Shown: piece after piece, positions 1-11,567 of the stretch
Position numbering within the stretch: position 1 is the first letter of the stretch
How the letters are laid out: every line of letters begins with the position of its first letter
From: Prochlorococcus sp. AG-679-M23
Lineage (GTDB): Bacteria; Cyanobacteriota; Cyanobacteriia; PCC-6307; Cyanobiaceae
DNA: 64,000 nucleotides
Direction: 5' to 3'
Assembly: GCA_003208875.1 (NCBI GenBank)
Contig: QCUR01000002.1
Location: 128,001-192,000, forward strand
Notes under the pieces: model-generated
The model's input: only the letters and a program-made list of their open reading frames with translations
What the model was told of the DNA's origin: nothing
The model's database searches: none
Translations under genes and position numbers: made by a program

Positions 1-49
1 TCTTGACGAATTGAACAATAAACTTACAAAATGTGATACTGAAGTTTAG
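1..49 (+). CDS. 3' end of a CDS entering from the left edge (LDELNNKLTKCDTEV*); possibly thiC by recalled synteny
   Basis: Open frame from nt 2 to TAG at 47-49, converging on tktA; identity cannot be determined from 15 codons. Confidence 0.35.
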   Translation, partial: LDELNNKLTKCDTEV

Positions 50-56
50 TTTAAGT

Positions 57-2063
57 TTATAAAATTTCTTTGGTCTTATTTACAACATTTTCAACTGTAA
101 ATCCAAAACTGGTCATACATTTTCCACCAGGAGCTGATGCCCCAAATCTGTCCATGGTAATACAAATTCCATCAAGCCCAGTGTATTTGTGCCATCCGAA
201 TGAATGTGCAGCTTCAACCACAACTCTTTTTTTGATATTACTAGGCAAAATACTTTCTTTATAAGAAGCTTCTTGTTCTTCAAATAGCTCTACACACGGC
301 ATAGAAATTACTCTAGTCTTTTTCCCTAATTTTGAGATTTCTTTACTTGCTTCAATGCAAAGGTTTAGTTCACTTCCAGTCCCGATAAATATTACATCAG
401 GAGTTCCTTCGCAATCAGAAACTATATATCCACCTAATGCAACTTTTTCAATAGAGGTATTCTCTTGATTCGGCATGGCTTGCCTACTTAGACAAAGAGC
501 AGAAGGTCTTTTTCTGTTTTTAATAGCAAGCTTATAAGCACCACTTGTTTCATTACCATCTCCAGGTCTAAATACGAGCATATTTGGCATTGCTCTAAGT
601 GAGGGGATCGTTTCAACAGGTTGATGTGTTGGCCCATCTTCGCCAACTCCAATTGAGTCATGAGTAAGTACATAAATAACTCCCAGCTCACTGAGAGCAG
701 ATAGTCGCATTGAACCTCTCATATAGTCTGCAAAAACAAGAAAAGTTCCTCCATAAGGTATTAATCCACTATCGTGATAAGCAATTCCATTTAATATTGC
801 TGCCATTGCATGCTCTCTCACACCAAAATGCAAATATCTCTTTTCTGGTGAATGTGCCTGAAATGAGCCTGTTTCTCCTTTTATATCTGTGTAATTAGAG
901 TGAGTTAAATCCGCAGATCCACCAATTAATTCAGGAATATTAGGCCCAAGAGCTCCTAGGCATATTTGAGAATGTTTTCTTGTTGCTAGACCCTTATCAT
1001 CTACCGTATATGTAGGCAGGCCTGAATCCCAGTTCTCTGGCAATTCACCTTGGATCATTCTTTTTAATTCTGCTCCTTCAGAAGGATATGTATTTTGATA
1101 GCCTTGAAATTTTAAATTCCATTCTTTTTCAGAGTCTTCACCTTTAGTAATAGCTTGTCTAAATTGTGAATATACTTCCTCAGGTATTTCAAAAGGGGGA
1201 TATTCCCAATTCAAAAACTCTCTTGTTAAGGAAGCTTCTTCTTCTCCTACTGCAGCTCCATGAATTCCTGCAGTATCTGACTTGTTTGGTGAACCATAAC
1301 CTATTATTGTAGAAATTTTGATTAGAGAAGGTTTATCTTTTACAGATTTCGCAGTCTCAATAGCTTTGGTAATCCCTTTTACATCATGATTACCATCTTC
1401 AACATGTTGCACATGCCATCCATAAGCTTCGTATCTTTTTAAAACATCTTCAGTAAATGAAACATCTGTACGCCCATCAATTGTGATTTGATTATCGTCA
1501 TATAGAGCTATTAATTTTCCAAGCTTAAGATGTCCAGCAAGTGAACATGCTTCAGAGGCAATCCCTTCTTGATTACAACCGTCTCCCATTATTACATAGG
1601 TATAATGATCAACAATTTCGCAATCTTTTTTATTGAATTTAGCTGCTAAATGTGCTTCTGCAATTGCTAAACCAACGGCGTTGGAAATTCCTGCCCCTAA
1701 TGGTCCCGCTGTTACCTCAACACCCTCAGTCTCAAATGTTTCTGGGTGTCCAGGTGTCTTAGATCCCCATTGTCTAAATTCTTTAATATCTTCAATGGAA
1801 ACTGATTTATATCCAGTCAGATGCAGAAGAGAATATAACAACATACACCCATGTCCTGCTGATAATACAAAGCGATCTCTATTAAACCACTTTGGATTAT
1901 TGGGATTGTGATTGAGAATATTGTGCCATAATGCATAACCCATAGGAGCGCAACCCATAGGTAAGCCAGGATGCCCGCTATTAGATTTATTTACTGCATC
2001 TACAGCCAGCATTCGTATACTATTTACACATAGTGATTCTAATGAAACAGATGCAGCGACCAT
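57..2063 (-). CDS. tktA: Transketolase
   Basis: [26 protein letters not shown]-binding motif, [16 protein letters not shown]. Confidence 0.98.
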   Translation of the reverse strand: MVAASVSLESLCVNSIRMLAVDAVNKSNSGHPGLPMGCAPMGYALWHNILNHNPNNPKWFNRDRFVLSAGHGCMLLYSLLHLTGYKSVSIEDIKEFRQWGSKTPGHPETFETEGVEVTAGPLGAGISNAVGLAIAEAHLAAKFNKKDCEIVDHYTYVIMGDGCNQEGIASEACSLAGHLKLGKLIALYDDNQITIDGRTDVSFTEDVLKRYEAYGWHVQHVEDGNHDVKGITKAIETAKSVKDKPSLIKISTIIGYGSPNKSDTAGIHGAAVGEEEASLTREFLNWEYPPFEIPEEVYSQFRQAITKGEDSEKEWNLKFQGYQNTYPSEGAELKRMIQGELPENWDSGLPTYTVDDKGLATRKHSQICLGALGPNIPELIGGSADLTHSNYTDIKGETGSFQAHSPEKRYLHFGVREHAMAAILNGIAYHDSGLIPYGGTFLVFADYMRGSMRLSALSELGVIYVLTHDSIGVGEDGPTHQPVETIPSLRAMPNMLVFRPGDGNETSGAYKLAIKNRKRPSALCLSRQAMPNQENTSIEKVALGGYIVSDCEGTPDVIFIGTGSELNLCIEASKEISKLGKKTRVISMPCVELFEEQEASYKESILPSNIKKRVVVEAAHSFGWHKYTGLDGICITMDRFGASAPGGKCMTSFGFTVENVVNKTKEIL

Positions 2064-2105
2064 TGTTTTAAGTAAGGTAATTTTGGAATACAGAGTTGGT
2101 TTTCA

Positions 2106-3350
2106 TCAATCAAGTTTGCTAAATGCTAGACAAACGTTGTGACCACCAAAGCCGAATGAATTAGAAAGAGCAACTCTTATTTGAGCATCTCTAGCATTAT
2201 TTGGTACATAATCAAGATCACAATCTGGATCAGGATTGACGTAGTTTATTGTAGGAGGGACAAAATTATGTGTCAAAGAAAGAATACAAGCTACAGCTTC
2301 TATACCTCCTGAACCCCCTAAGAGATGACCAGTCATCGACTTAGTAGAGCTTACAGGAATGAGGTAAGATCTGTCTTTAAATATGGATTTAATTGCAGAA
2401 GTTTCATTTTTGTCATTTGCTGCAGTGCTAGTTCCATGAGCATTTATGTAATCAACCTGATCAAAGTTAATTGAACTATCATCAATGGCTAGCTTGATTG
2501 CTTCTGCACCTCCAGTTCCCCCTGGAGAAGGCGAAGTAATGTGATGAGCATCACAAGTTGACCCATAACCAATAATTTCAGCATAAATTTTTGCGCCTCT
2601 TTTTTTTGCACTTTCAAAAGTTTCTAGAACAAGTATCCCAGATCCTTCTCCAATGACAAATCCATCCCTCTCAGCATCAAAAGGTCTACTTGCAGTTTGA
2701 GGACTGTCATTTCTAAAAGAGAGTGCTTTAGCGCTTGCAAAACCTGCTACTCCAAGAGGAGTTATACTTGCTTCTGCTCCCCCGCAAATCATCGCATCTG
2801 CTTTCCCCAGCTGTAACAATCTAAAAGAGTCTCCAATAGCATTTGATCCAGCAGCACAGGCGGTAGACACAGCAGAGCTTGGACCTTTTGCTCCTAACGC
2901 AATAGCAGCAAGTCCTGTCGCCATATTGGGGATCATCATTGGAACTGTAAAGGGGCTTACTCTTTTTGGGCCTTTATGGCTCAATATTTGAGCTTGACTT
3001 TCCATTGTAAGTAAGCCTCCAACACCAGAGCCAATAATTACTCCAATTCTTGATTCATTGGCTTCATTTATTTCAAGTCCAGAATCATTGAAAGCTTGCT
3101 TTGCAGCTATTACTCCAAATTGTGAAAATCGATCCCATCTTTTAGATTCTTTAGGTTCAATAAAATTTTCAGATTGAAGATTTTTAACTTCTGCTGCAAA
3201 CTTGCAGGGATGTTGTTCAGGATTAAAGAGAGTAATATCTGAAACTCCATTTGACCCCTTTTGTAGGCCGAGTAAATATTCATCAATGTTGTTACCAATT
3301 GGAGTTACTGCCCCTATACCGGTAATAACTACTCGATGGAAATTTGGCAT
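2106..3350 (-). CDS. fabF: 3-oxoacyl-ACP synthase II
   Basis: TACAAG, NAHGTST, KSMTGHLLG, NSFGFGGHN; follows acpP. Confidence 0.97.
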   Translation of the reverse strand: MPNFHRVVITGIGAVTPIGNNIDEYLLGLQKGSNGVSDITLFNPEQHPCKFAAEVKNLQSENFIEPKESKRWDRFSQFGVIAAKQAFNDSGLEINEANESRIGVIIGSGVGGLLTMESQAQILSHKGPKRVSPFTVPMMIPNMATGLAAIALGAKGPSSAVSTACAAGSNAIGDSFRLLQLGKADAMICGGAEASITPLGVAGFASAKALSFRNDSPQTASRPFDAERDGFVIGEGSGILVLETFESAKKRGAKIYAEIIGYGSTCDAHHITSPSPGGTGGAEAIKLAIDDSSINFDQVDYINAHGTSTAANDKNETSAIKSIFKDRSYLIPVSSTKSMTGHLLGGSGGIEAVACILSLTHNFVPPTINYVNPDPDCDLDYVPNNARDAQIRVALSNSFGFGGHNVCLAFSKLD

Positions 3351-3356
3351 CCTAAA

Positions 3357-3599
3357 TTAACCTTTTTTTTCTTCGATGAATTTAACAGCATCTCCTACTG
3401 TTGCGATACCTTCAGCGGCTTCATCAGGTATCTCGATATCAAATGCTTCTTCAAGTGCCATGACTAGCTCTACGGTGTCTAGGGAGTCTGCACCTAAATC
3501 ATTTTGAAAGTTTGAATCAGATTTTACTTCGGCTGATTCAACACTTAGTTGCTCAGAAACAATAGAGCAAACTTTTTGAAGGATTTCTTCTTGTGACAT
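3357..3599 (-). CDS. acpP: Acyl carrier protein
   Basis: [12 protein letters not shown] phosphopantetheine site. Confidence 0.98.
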   Translation of the reverse strand: MSQEEILQKVCSIVSEQLSVESAEVKSDSNFQNDLGADSLDTVELVMALEEAFDIEIPDEAAEGIATVGDAVKFIEEKKG

Positions 3600-3679
3600 A
3601 GTTTATTGAATTTACTATTTATCTACTTGATTTTATGCCCTAGAGTTAACAAGAGTGAAGCATATCTTAATTTTTTTAA

Positions 3680-3979
<300 letters not shown>

Positions 3980-4060
3980 TTTTTATAGTGCAGTTGGAAG
4001 AGAGTCCATGTATTGTTAAATATTTAATTTTATTCAATATAATTGAAGAAAATTATTTAT

Positions 4061-5956
4061 ATGTGCGGAATTGTTGCTGTTACCGGTTATAAAAAAGCAT
4101 TACCATTACTTATTAATGGATTGGAAAAACTTGAATACAGAGGCTATGATTCAGCAGGTATTGCGATAATTAACTCTGAAACAAAGAATGTCTCATGTAA
4201 TAAAGCGGAAGGAAAACTTAAAAATTTAAAAAATAACTTAAAAAATATCGAAATACCTGGAACTGTGGGAATAGGTCATACACGTTGGGCCACTCACGGA
4301 AAACCAGAAGTTAAAAATGCACATCCCCATATTGATAGTTCAGGAGAGGTTGCAGTTGTCCAAAATGGGATTATTGAAAATTATCAGGAATTAAAAATTA
4401 AATTACAAAAAGAAGGAGTTGTGTTTAATTCTGATACTGATACAGAAGTCATACCACACTTAATACAAAAAGAATTATTAGCTTTAAGTCAATTAAAGCT
4501 TGAAAGTAATGGTTCAACTTTATTAGTAGCAGTAAGAAACGTAATCTCTGATTTAGAAGGATCATATGCATTAGCAGTATTATGGTCTGGTGCTCCTGAA
4601 GCATTAGTTGTTGCGAGGAAGCAGGCACCTTTAATAATTGGATTAGGGGAAGGAGAATTTATTTGTGCAAGTGATACGCCAGCAATAGCAAATTTTACAA
4701 AAATTATTTTACCTTTGGAGGATGAGGAAATAGCTCTTTTAACTCCTTTAGGAATAGAAATTTATGATTCTAATAACGAGAGACAATATCGAAATCCAAT
4801 TTCTTTACAAACTGCAGACCAAGAAAGTGATAAAAAGAATTTTAAACACTACATGTTAAAGGAAATTTATGATCAGCCTGATATTGCTAAATATTGGCTA
4901 GAAAAATATTTAATTAAAGATTTAAAGACTGATCAATTTCAAATTAATTACTCTTTTGATACAGATTTTTTAAACTCTATTGAAAGAATAGATATTGTTG
5001 CTTGTGGTACGAGTAAGCATTCTTCAATGGTGGGTAAATTTTTATTAGAACAATTCTCAGGTATACCAACAAATGTTTTTTTTGCTAGTGAGTTTAGATA
5101 CTCCCCACCACCATTACTTCCTAATACCTTAACAATTGGAGTGACTCAGTCAGGAGAAACTGCAGATACTATTGCGGCTATAAGTATGGAGATTAAGAGG
5201 AGATCTTCAATAGCGGATAGAAACTTTAAACCAAATTTAATTGCTATTACGAACAGAGTGGAAAGCTCAATTGGTAGACAAATACCAAATATTATTAATA
5301 TTAGTGCTGGAATTGAAATTGGTGTTGCTGCTACAAAAACTTTCTTTGCGCAACTTCTTTCTTTTTATGGATTAGCTATAAAATTTGCTCAAATTAAAGG
5401 AAGTCAAAGTAATGAAAATATTAATCAATTAGTTTCAGAATTAACTAAATTACCTTTATTAGTGGAAGAACTTTTAGAAAAACATAATGAATCTTCTGAA
5501 AAACTTGCACATGATTTTTTTAATATTAAAGATGTTATTTTTTTAGGAAGAGGAATAAATTATCCCATTGCTCTCGAGGGAGCTCTGAAGTTGAAGGAAA
5601 TTAGTTATATTCACGCTGCAGGTTATCCTGCTGGGGAAATGAAGCATGGGCCAATAGCTTTACTAGACAAAAAAGTACCTGTAATTTCAATAGCTACCCC
5701 AGGGCAAGTCTTTGATAAGGTAATTAGTAATGCTCAAGAAGCAAAAGCGAGAGATGCTTATTTAATTGGTGTTGCCCCTCAATGTAATGGGACTGAAATA
5801 TTTGATTATTTAATGACCATACCTTCAACCAATGAATGGATTTCACCTCTGCTTGCAATTATTCCTCTTCAATTATTGAGTTATCATATTGCTGCTCATA
5901 GAGGACTTGATGTTGATCAACCAAGGAATCTTGCTAAAAGCGTAACAGTAGAGTAA
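4061..5956 (+). CDS. glmS: Glutamine-fructose-6-phosphate aminotransferase
   Basis: Ntn-type start MCGIV (ATG 4061, not TTG 4043), LEYRGYDSAG, HTRWATHG, C-terminal PRNLAKSVTVE. Confidence 0.98.
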   Translation: MCGIVAVTGYKKALPLLINGLEKLEYRGYDSAGIAIINSETKNVSCNKAEGKLKNLKNNLKNIEIPGTVGIGHTRWATHGKPEVKNAHPHIDSSGEVAVVQNGIIENYQELKIKLQKEGVVFNSDTDTEVIPHLIQKELLALSQLKLESNGSTLLVAVRNVISDLEGSYALAVLWSGAPEALVVARKQAPLIIGLGEGEFICASDTPAIANFTKIILPLEDEEIALLTPLGIEIYDSNNERQYRNPISLQTADQESDKKNFKHYMLKEIYDQPDIAKYWLEKYLIKDLKTDQFQINYSFDTDFLNSIERIDIVACGTSKHSSMVGKFLLEQFSGIPTNVFFASEFRYSPPPLLPNTLTIGVTQSGETADTIAAISMEIKRRSSIADRNFKPNLIAITNRVESSIGRQIPNIINISAGIEIGVAATKTFFAQLLSFYGLAIKFAQIKGSQSNENINQLVSELTKLPLLVEELLEKHNESSEKLAHDFFNIKDVIFLGRGINYPIALEGALKLKEISYIHAAGYPAGEMKHGPIALLDKKVPVISIATPGQVFDKVISNAQEAKARDAYLIGVAPQCNGTEIFDYLMTIPSTNEWISPLLAIIPLQLLSYHIAAHRGLDVDQPRNLAKSVTVE

Positions 5957-5975
5957 ACATTTAAAAAAGGGAAAT

Positions 5976-6515
5976 TCACAATTCTAACAGACCTGAAGGA
6001 GGAGTAATTAATATAAAATTTTTTTTAATATCTACTACTGGAACTATTTCTTTAACAAAGGGTATAAGAACCTCTTTATTATTTTTCAAAAGTTGAATTA
6101 CAAGTAAATTATTTTTCTCGTTAGATAAGTTAATAACTTTTCCAATTATGTGAAATTGGTTATTTTCTAAAATTTTGACATTTAAATTAATTAGTTCGGT
6201 TAAGTGATATTCTCCATGACTTAATTTTGGAATTGCATCAACTTTCACGAGGATTTTTTGTCCCTTTAATTTTTCTGCTTGAGTTCTATTATTTATCCCT
6301 TTAAATGTAATTATGAATGATTCTTTACCGGGTTTTTTAAAACCATGCGTAAGCTCGAGTTCTATAGGAGTCTCTTTGCCTTTTTGTATCCATCTTTTAC
6401 CAGGCTCTGTAAATCTTTCTTCAAAATCACTTAGAGACTTAATCTTGATTTTTCCATTAATGCCTTGAGGAGATGTTATTAAGCCAACAATTAACCACTC
6501 ATCATGATTTATCAT
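5976..6515 (-). CDS. rimM: 16S rRNA processing protein RimM
   Basis: [17 protein letters not shown]-terminus; [18 protein letters not shown] barrel; PPSGLLEL. Confidence 0.92.
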   Translation of the reverse strand: MINHDEWLIVGLITSPQGINGKIKIKSLSDFEERFTEPGKRWIQKGKETPIELELTHGFKKPGKESFIITFKGINNRTQAEKLKGQKILVKVDAIPKLSHGEYHLTELINLNVKILENNQFHIIGKVINLSNEKNNLLVIQLLKNNKEVLIPFVKEIVPVVDIKKNFILITPPSGLLEL

Positions 6516-6537
6516 AGTTTATATGTAAATTATTTCT

Positions 6538-6723
6538 ATGGAATTTTCCAATAAACCAATACTCCCCGGTTCTATAGTAGTCGTTAAAGACGTTAATTCT
6601 ATTTATAGAGGTTATAAAGGATTTGTACAAAGAGTAACTAATAAAACGGCAGCTGTTCTTTTTGAGGGAGGCAATTGGGATAAGTTAGTAACATTTCAAT
6701 TAAATAATTTGGAAATTGTTTGA
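6538..6723 (+). CDS. ndhS: NDH-1 subunit NdhS
   Basis: ILPGSIVVV...SIYRGYKGFVQRV...AAVLFEGGNWDKLVTF. Confidence 0.9.
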   Translation: MEFSNKPILPGSIVVVKDVNSIYRGYKGFVQRVTNKTAAVLFEGGNWDKLVTFQLNNLEIV

Positions 6724-7476
6724 ATAATTAATTTTTTTTTTCTGATAAATCTTTTGTATTAGAATACTTGCAGCATTTTTTTCAGCTTTTTTATGAGAAT
6801 GCCCAAAGCTGAAAGCTTTTATAGATCCATTTATGTATATTTCACAAGAGAATCTTTTCGGGTCTCCGTGGTTTTTTGATACTTCATATATTTTATAAAC
6901 AGGTAAATTAAATCCTTGGCTTTGACACCATTCTTGTAAAGCTGACTTAGCATTATATTTATGTGGTGCTTGCAAATATAATTCGGCATCTTTTTTCCAA
7001 AAATTATCTAACCATATATTGACTTCATTTATTGAATTAAAACACTTATATATTGCGCCTATTAATGCTTCACTAGTTTCAGCAATTATGGTATCTTTTG
7101 AATTCTCATCACCCATTGCTTTTGGTCCTTTTATTATTACTTTTTCTATAAATATTTTTTTACCTAATTCAGTTAACCATTCATCACTTACTATTTGAGA
7201 TCTTAGTTCTGATCTATTACCTACACTCATACTTTTATATGTTCTCTCTATAAAATCAGATGCTGATAATCTGAGAACAGCATCCCCAAAGAATTCTAAT
7301 TTTTCATAATTAACTTTATTGTTTGCGGAGGAATGTGTTAATGCTTCATTGAAAGTATGAAGTATTAATTTATCTTTTTGGTTGATAATTTTGATAAATC
7401 TTTTTGAGTTTATGTCAAGCGAATTTAAAAACTTAATAATTTGTTCAAGTCTTTTGTCATCAATTAAGGTGTCCAT
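6700..7476 (-). CDS. rnc: Ribonuclease III
   Basis: ALTHSS, YEKLEFFGDAVL, C-terminal dsRBD (KSALQEWCQ...SHKKAEKNAA). Confidence 0.95.
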   Translation of the reverse strand: MDTLIDDKRLEQIIKFLNSLDINSKRFIKIINQKDKLILHTFNEALTHSSANNKVNYEKLEFFGDAVLRLSASDFIERTYKSMSVGNRSELRSQIVSDEWLTELGKKIFIEKVIIKGPKAMGDENSKDTIIAETSEALIGAIYKCFNSINEVNIWLDNFWKKDAELYLQAPHKYNAKSALQEWCQSQGFNLPVYKIYEVSKNHGDPKRFSCEIYINGSIKAFSFGHSHKKAEKNAASILIQKIYQKKKINYSNNFQII

Positions 7477-7500
7477 ATAAATTAAGTGTTTTCATTAAGT

Positions 7501-7875
7501 AGAAAGCAGGTCATAAGCCGGGTTCTGTTCATCTTAATAAGATGGGCAATCATCTATCTAGGACTGGAATTACTTCACAGCCTCAAGCGGCGCTTAAAAG
7601 TAGATTTTTTAATGGTCATAAATCTACTTAGCCTTGCACCCAGCCGGGGTTTACCTAGCCAACACTTCTCAATGTTGCTGGTGCGCTCTTACCGCACCCT
7701 TGCACCCTTGCCATACATGAAGTATTAGGCGGTATGTTTCTGTGGCACTATCCTCACGGTTACCCGCACTGGGAATTACCCAGCAAGCCTGACCATATGG
7801 GAGCCCGGACTTTCCTCAAAAAGATTTATTTTCAAAACAAAATAAAACATTTTTGCGATTGCCTCTCCTGCTTTC
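7501..7875 (-). ncRNA. rnpB: RNase P RNA, type A
   Basis: Minus strand has GAGGAAAGTCCGGGCTC near the 5' end and ACAGAACCCGGCTTAT near the 3' end; terminal P1 helix GAAAGCAGG/CCTGCTTTC. Confidence 0.97.
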
Positions 7876-7913
7876 ATTTAGCATAATGCTTATTAACCCA
7901 AAAAACATCCCTT

Positions 7914-7987
<74 letters not shown>

Positions 7988-8066
7988 TTTCAGTTGATAA
8001 ACTATATGTAGTATGCGTGCATATTTACCACTCTCTAGCTAGCGTGTAATTAGTAATTAAGCTTTT

Positions 8067-8399
8067 ATGGCTAAGCTGCACGATATGCGTTTAAAACTCT
8101 TAATTCAGCAAGAGCATGAGCGTATTTCTAAATCTCAACCTAATGATCTAGATCTGTCAATAGTTCAAGCAAGATGCCTTTGTTGGCTTTCTTTATTAGC
8201 AGAAGCTCATGAAGACCAAGCAAATGATGCCGAAAAGAGAGGAGATGCTGAACAAGCAATGGGATGGTTTGCAGACTCAATGAGATTAAGAGATGTTATT
8301 AATTTGGTGACTAGTATTGAAATTCCTTTGCCTGATAGTCCAGACTCTCTCGATGAAAATGATGAATTATTTGATGGGCCTACAATTGTGCCTAAATAA
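8067..8399 (+). CDS. Hypothetical protein (helical, acidic tail)
   Basis: 110-aa ORF with protein-like composition (QARCLCWLSLLAEAHED...AMGWFADSMRL). Confidence 0.8.
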   Translation: MAKLHDMRLKLLIQQEHERISKSQPNDLDLSIVQARCLCWLSLLAEAHEDQANDAEKRGDAEQAMGWFADSMRLRDVINLVTSIEIPLPDSPDSLDENDELFDGPTIVPK

Positions 8400-8445
8400 T
8401 GCAATGTTATGAATTAGCGTTATTTATTCTTTTGAAAGAAGAACT

Positions 8446-8825
8446 ATGTCAATGCCCTGTTTTCAGCAATTTTATAAAGAGCATGAGCGTTTGATTCGAG
8501 AATTTCCTAATTTCAAATAACAACAGGAATTAAACTGAGCTTCTATGAAAATCTTTTAGAACTTATTGCAGCAAAGCAACAGAAGTATTACATAATCAAT
8601 TATCTGATAAATATTTTAACAAAAAATTTGTTGCAAAATAATAAACATATTTTTGATATAGAAATTACAGATGCTATGGAAGAACTTGAAAATGTAAATG
8701 CTTATTTATACTCTATTGAAGCTTTAATGGAGAAGATTTTTGATATTAAAGTTGCTAAAAATGTGGAAGTAGAATTTAAAAAAATTTCAAAAAAATTAAC
8801 TCCTTATCCACTAAATATTGAATAG
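8446..8825 (+). pseudogene. Probable degraded small gene of unknown function
   Basis: ATG 8446 gives MSMPCFQQFYKEHERLIREFPNFK* (stop at 8520); a second frame is stop-free from 8511 to 8825 and contains the listed 65-aa ORF. Confidence 0.45.
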
Positions 8826-8867
8826 ATTATTTCATTAAAAAACAAGATTTACCTGATAATAATAACT

Positions 8868-11414
8868 TTAAGTAGTTACTTCTTCAATATCACATGTAAT
8901 TTCAACTGGCATAGGTGAAACTTTCCAAATCGATTCGCAATATTCTCTTATAGATCTGTCTGAAGAAAAATATCCTGATCTTGCAGTATTTAAAAGAGCC
9001 ATTTTATTCCATGCTTTTTTATTATTCCAGAAGTTACTAACTTCATCTTGTTTGTTTAAATAGTCTTCGAAATCAGCCATTACGAAAAATGGATCATTTC
9101 CAGTCAAACTATTTAATAGAGGTTTGAATAATTCTTTATCTCCATTACTAAAATGGCCAATTTCGATTAAACGAATTACTTCTTTTAACTCAGGACATTT
9201 CTCAATGAAAGTCTTAGGAGAATAACTATTATTTTTTAAATGCATTATTTCACTTTCAGTCTTTCCGAAAAGGAAGAAATTTTCTTTTTTAACAAGATCT
9301 CTTAACTCTACATTTGCTCCGTCAAGAGTTCCTATAGTTAAAGCTCCATTCATTGCGAATTTCATATTTCCTGTTCCTGATGCTTCTTTACCAGCAGTTG
9401 AAATTTGCTCAGAAAGGTCTGTTGCTGGATAAACTATTTCCCCAAGTTTGACATTATAGTCAGGTAAGAAAACTACTCTTAAAAGTCCTTCCATATCAGG
9501 ATCTGAATTAACTACATCAGCGATCCCGTTAATAAATCTAATAATTAATTTAGCCATAAAGTAACCTGGAGCAGCCTTCCCTCCGAAAATAACTGTCCTC
9601 GGGGCTTTATAGTTACTTGTCCCATTTTTAATTCTTAAATACTGAGCAATAATTTGCAGAGCGTTTAAATGTTGTCTTTTATATTGATGGATTCTTTTAA
9701 CTTGGACGTCAAAAAGACTTGATGGATCAACAAGTATTCCTGTTTTTGTATGAATAAAACTTGCCAGCTTTCGTTTTCCAAGCAATTTAGTTTCCTCAAA
9801 TTCTTGAAGAAAATTTGCATCATCTTTTTTCTTTTCTAATTTTTTAAGTAGTTCCATATTCGTAATCCAATCTGGACCAACTTCTTTTTCTAACAAATTA
9901 GATAAAGATGGATTTGCTAATGCAACCCATCTTCTAGGAGTTACTCCATTAGTTACATTAGTAAATTTTTCAGGCCATAGTTCTGCAAACTCTGGGAGAA
10001 GTTGTCTTTTTATTAGGTCAGAGTGAAGTGCAGCAACACCATTAATGTGATGAGCTCCGATAGTAGCTAAATGAGCCATTCTCACTGACTTGGAACCTTC
10101 TTCATCAATAATAGAAAGTTTTTGTAGAATCTTGTCATCACCTGGGTAACGAAGTCTTAATTGTTGTAAAAACCTCCAATTTATTTCGTAAATAATTTCT
10201 AAATGACGGGGAAGTAAATCACTAAAAAGACTTAAATCCCATTTCTCCAATGCTTCAGGAAGCAATGTGTGGTTTGTATATGCTACTGATGAGGTAGTTA
10301 TATTCCATGCTTTGTCCCAACCTATTTGATACTGATCAATTAATAGACGCATTAGCTCCGCAACTGCAATTGCTGGATGAGTATCATTTAATTGAACAGT
10401 CCAATGTTTGGCAAATTCTGTTACTTTGATGGATCTTTTTTCAAGACTTCTCAACATATCTTGGAGAGAACAACTAACAAAGAAGTGTTGTTGTTTGAGC
10501 CTTAATCTTCTCCCTTCATCAGTTCCATCATTTGGATAAAGAACTTTAGATAGAGTTTCAGAAGCAACTTTTTCTTCTACCGCACCATAATAATCACCGA
10601 TATTGAAAGCATAAAAATCAAAACTTTCTGTTGCATCAGCTCTCCATAATCTTAATCTGTCACATGTATTTACTCTGTAGCCTAATACTGGTACATCATG
10701 AGGAACACCGATTGCATGTTCAGAGGGCACCCATCTTGATCGATATTTACCTTTATCGTCTCTATAGCTTTCAGTTCGCCCCCCAAAACCAACAAAACAT
10801 GATTCATCAGGTTGAGGCAGTTCCCATGGCCAACCCCCTTTAAGCCATTTGTCCGTAACCTCAACTTGCCAACCATCTCGTATTAATTGGTTAAATATTC
10901 CGAATTCATATCTAATACCATAACCAACTGCAGGAACTTGTAACGAAGCTAAAGACTCCATATAACAAGCTGCAAGTCTTCCAAGACCACCATTGCCTAG
11001 GCCTGGCTCTTCTTCGACTTCAAGAATTGTTGAAAGTGATTCTATCCCAAACCTTTTTAATGCATCTTCTGCTTCTTGTGTTATGCCAAGATTTAATAAA
11101 TTATTACTTAATTGTGGACCGATTAAAAATTCTGCTGATAAGTAGGCAACTGTTTTTTGAGGCTTTTTTCTTATTACTTCTTGACTGGCTAAATATCTTG
11201 TCATTAATCTATCCTTAACTGCGTAACTCAGAGCCATATATAAGTCATGAGGACTAGCGGAAGTTGCTAATTTGCCAAGGGTAAAGAATAAGTGCTCTGT
11301 CATTCCCTTGAAGAGCGCATCGGAATCCATGCCAGCTTTCTCAGGATCTAGATAGCAACCTGGAGTAGGCAAGCGTAGATCAAAGGGTTCGTTGGAGTTC
11401 ATTAGATTTGACAT
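8868..11414 (-). CDS. glgP: Glycogen/starch phosphorylase
   Basis: GLGNGGLGRLAAC, QLNDTHP, EASGTGNMKF PLP-lysine motif. Confidence 0.98.
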   Translation of the reverse strand: MSNLMNSNEPFDLRLPTPGCYLDPEKAGMDSDALFKGMTEHLFFTLGKLATSASPHDLYMALSYAVKDRLMTRYLASQEVIRKKPQKTVAYLSAEFLIGPQLSNNLLNLGITQEAEDALKRFGIESLSTILEVEEEPGLGNGGLGRLAACYMESLASLQVPAVGYGIRYEFGIFNQLIRDGWQVEVTDKWLKGGWPWELPQPDESCFVGFGGRTESYRDDKGKYRSRWVPSEHAIGVPHDVPVLGYRVNTCDRLRLWRADATESFDFYAFNIGDYYGAVEEKVASETLSKVLYPNDGTDEGRRLRLKQQHFFVSCSLQDMLRSLEKRSIKVTEFAKHWTVQLNDTHPAIAVAELMRLLIDQYQIGWDKAWNITTSSVAYTNHTLLPEALEKWDLSLFSDLLPRHLEIIYEINWRFLQQLRLRYPGDDKILQKLSIIDEEGSKSVRMAHLATIGAHHINGVAALHSDLIKRQLLPEFAELWPEKFTNVTNGVTPRRWVALANPSLSNLLEKEVGPDWITNMELLKKLEKKKDDANFLQEFEETKLLGKRKLASFIHTKTGILVDPSSLFDVQVKRIHQYKRQHLNALQIIAQYLRIKNGTSNYKAPRTVIFGGKAAPGYFMAKLIIRFINGIADVVNSDPDMEGLLRVVFLPDYNVKLGEIVYPATDLSEQISTAGKEASGTGNMKFAMNGALTIGTLDGANVELRDLVKKENFFLFGKTESEIMHLKNNSYSPKTFIEKCPELKEVIRLIEIGHFSNGDKELFKPLLNSLTGNDPFFVMADFEDYLNKQDEVSNFWNNKKAWNKMALLNTARSGYFSSDRSIREYCESIWKVSPMPVEITCDIEEVTT

Positions 11415-11567
11415 ATAACAGACGTTAGCCAGTTTTTTTATAAATTCTTTGTTGTAACTTCAGATCCACACTTGTTGAGTATTTTTGCTTTTTTTTACAT
11501 ACTTGGTAAAGTGGGCCCTCCATAAACTATCTTCCAATTAGTTAGTTTAATTTTTCTCGCATTTAAA

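Noticed and set aside
3980..4060. glmS ribozyme upstream of glmS
   Set aside because: The spacer is only 81 nt, AT-rich, and lacks the core structure
7486..7728. 80-aa plus-strand ORF
   Set aside because: It is the antisense of rnpB
11452..11470. NtcA- or CRP-like site TGTAACTTCAGATCCA between glgP and the antiporter
   Set aside because: One half-site is mismatched; could occur by chance
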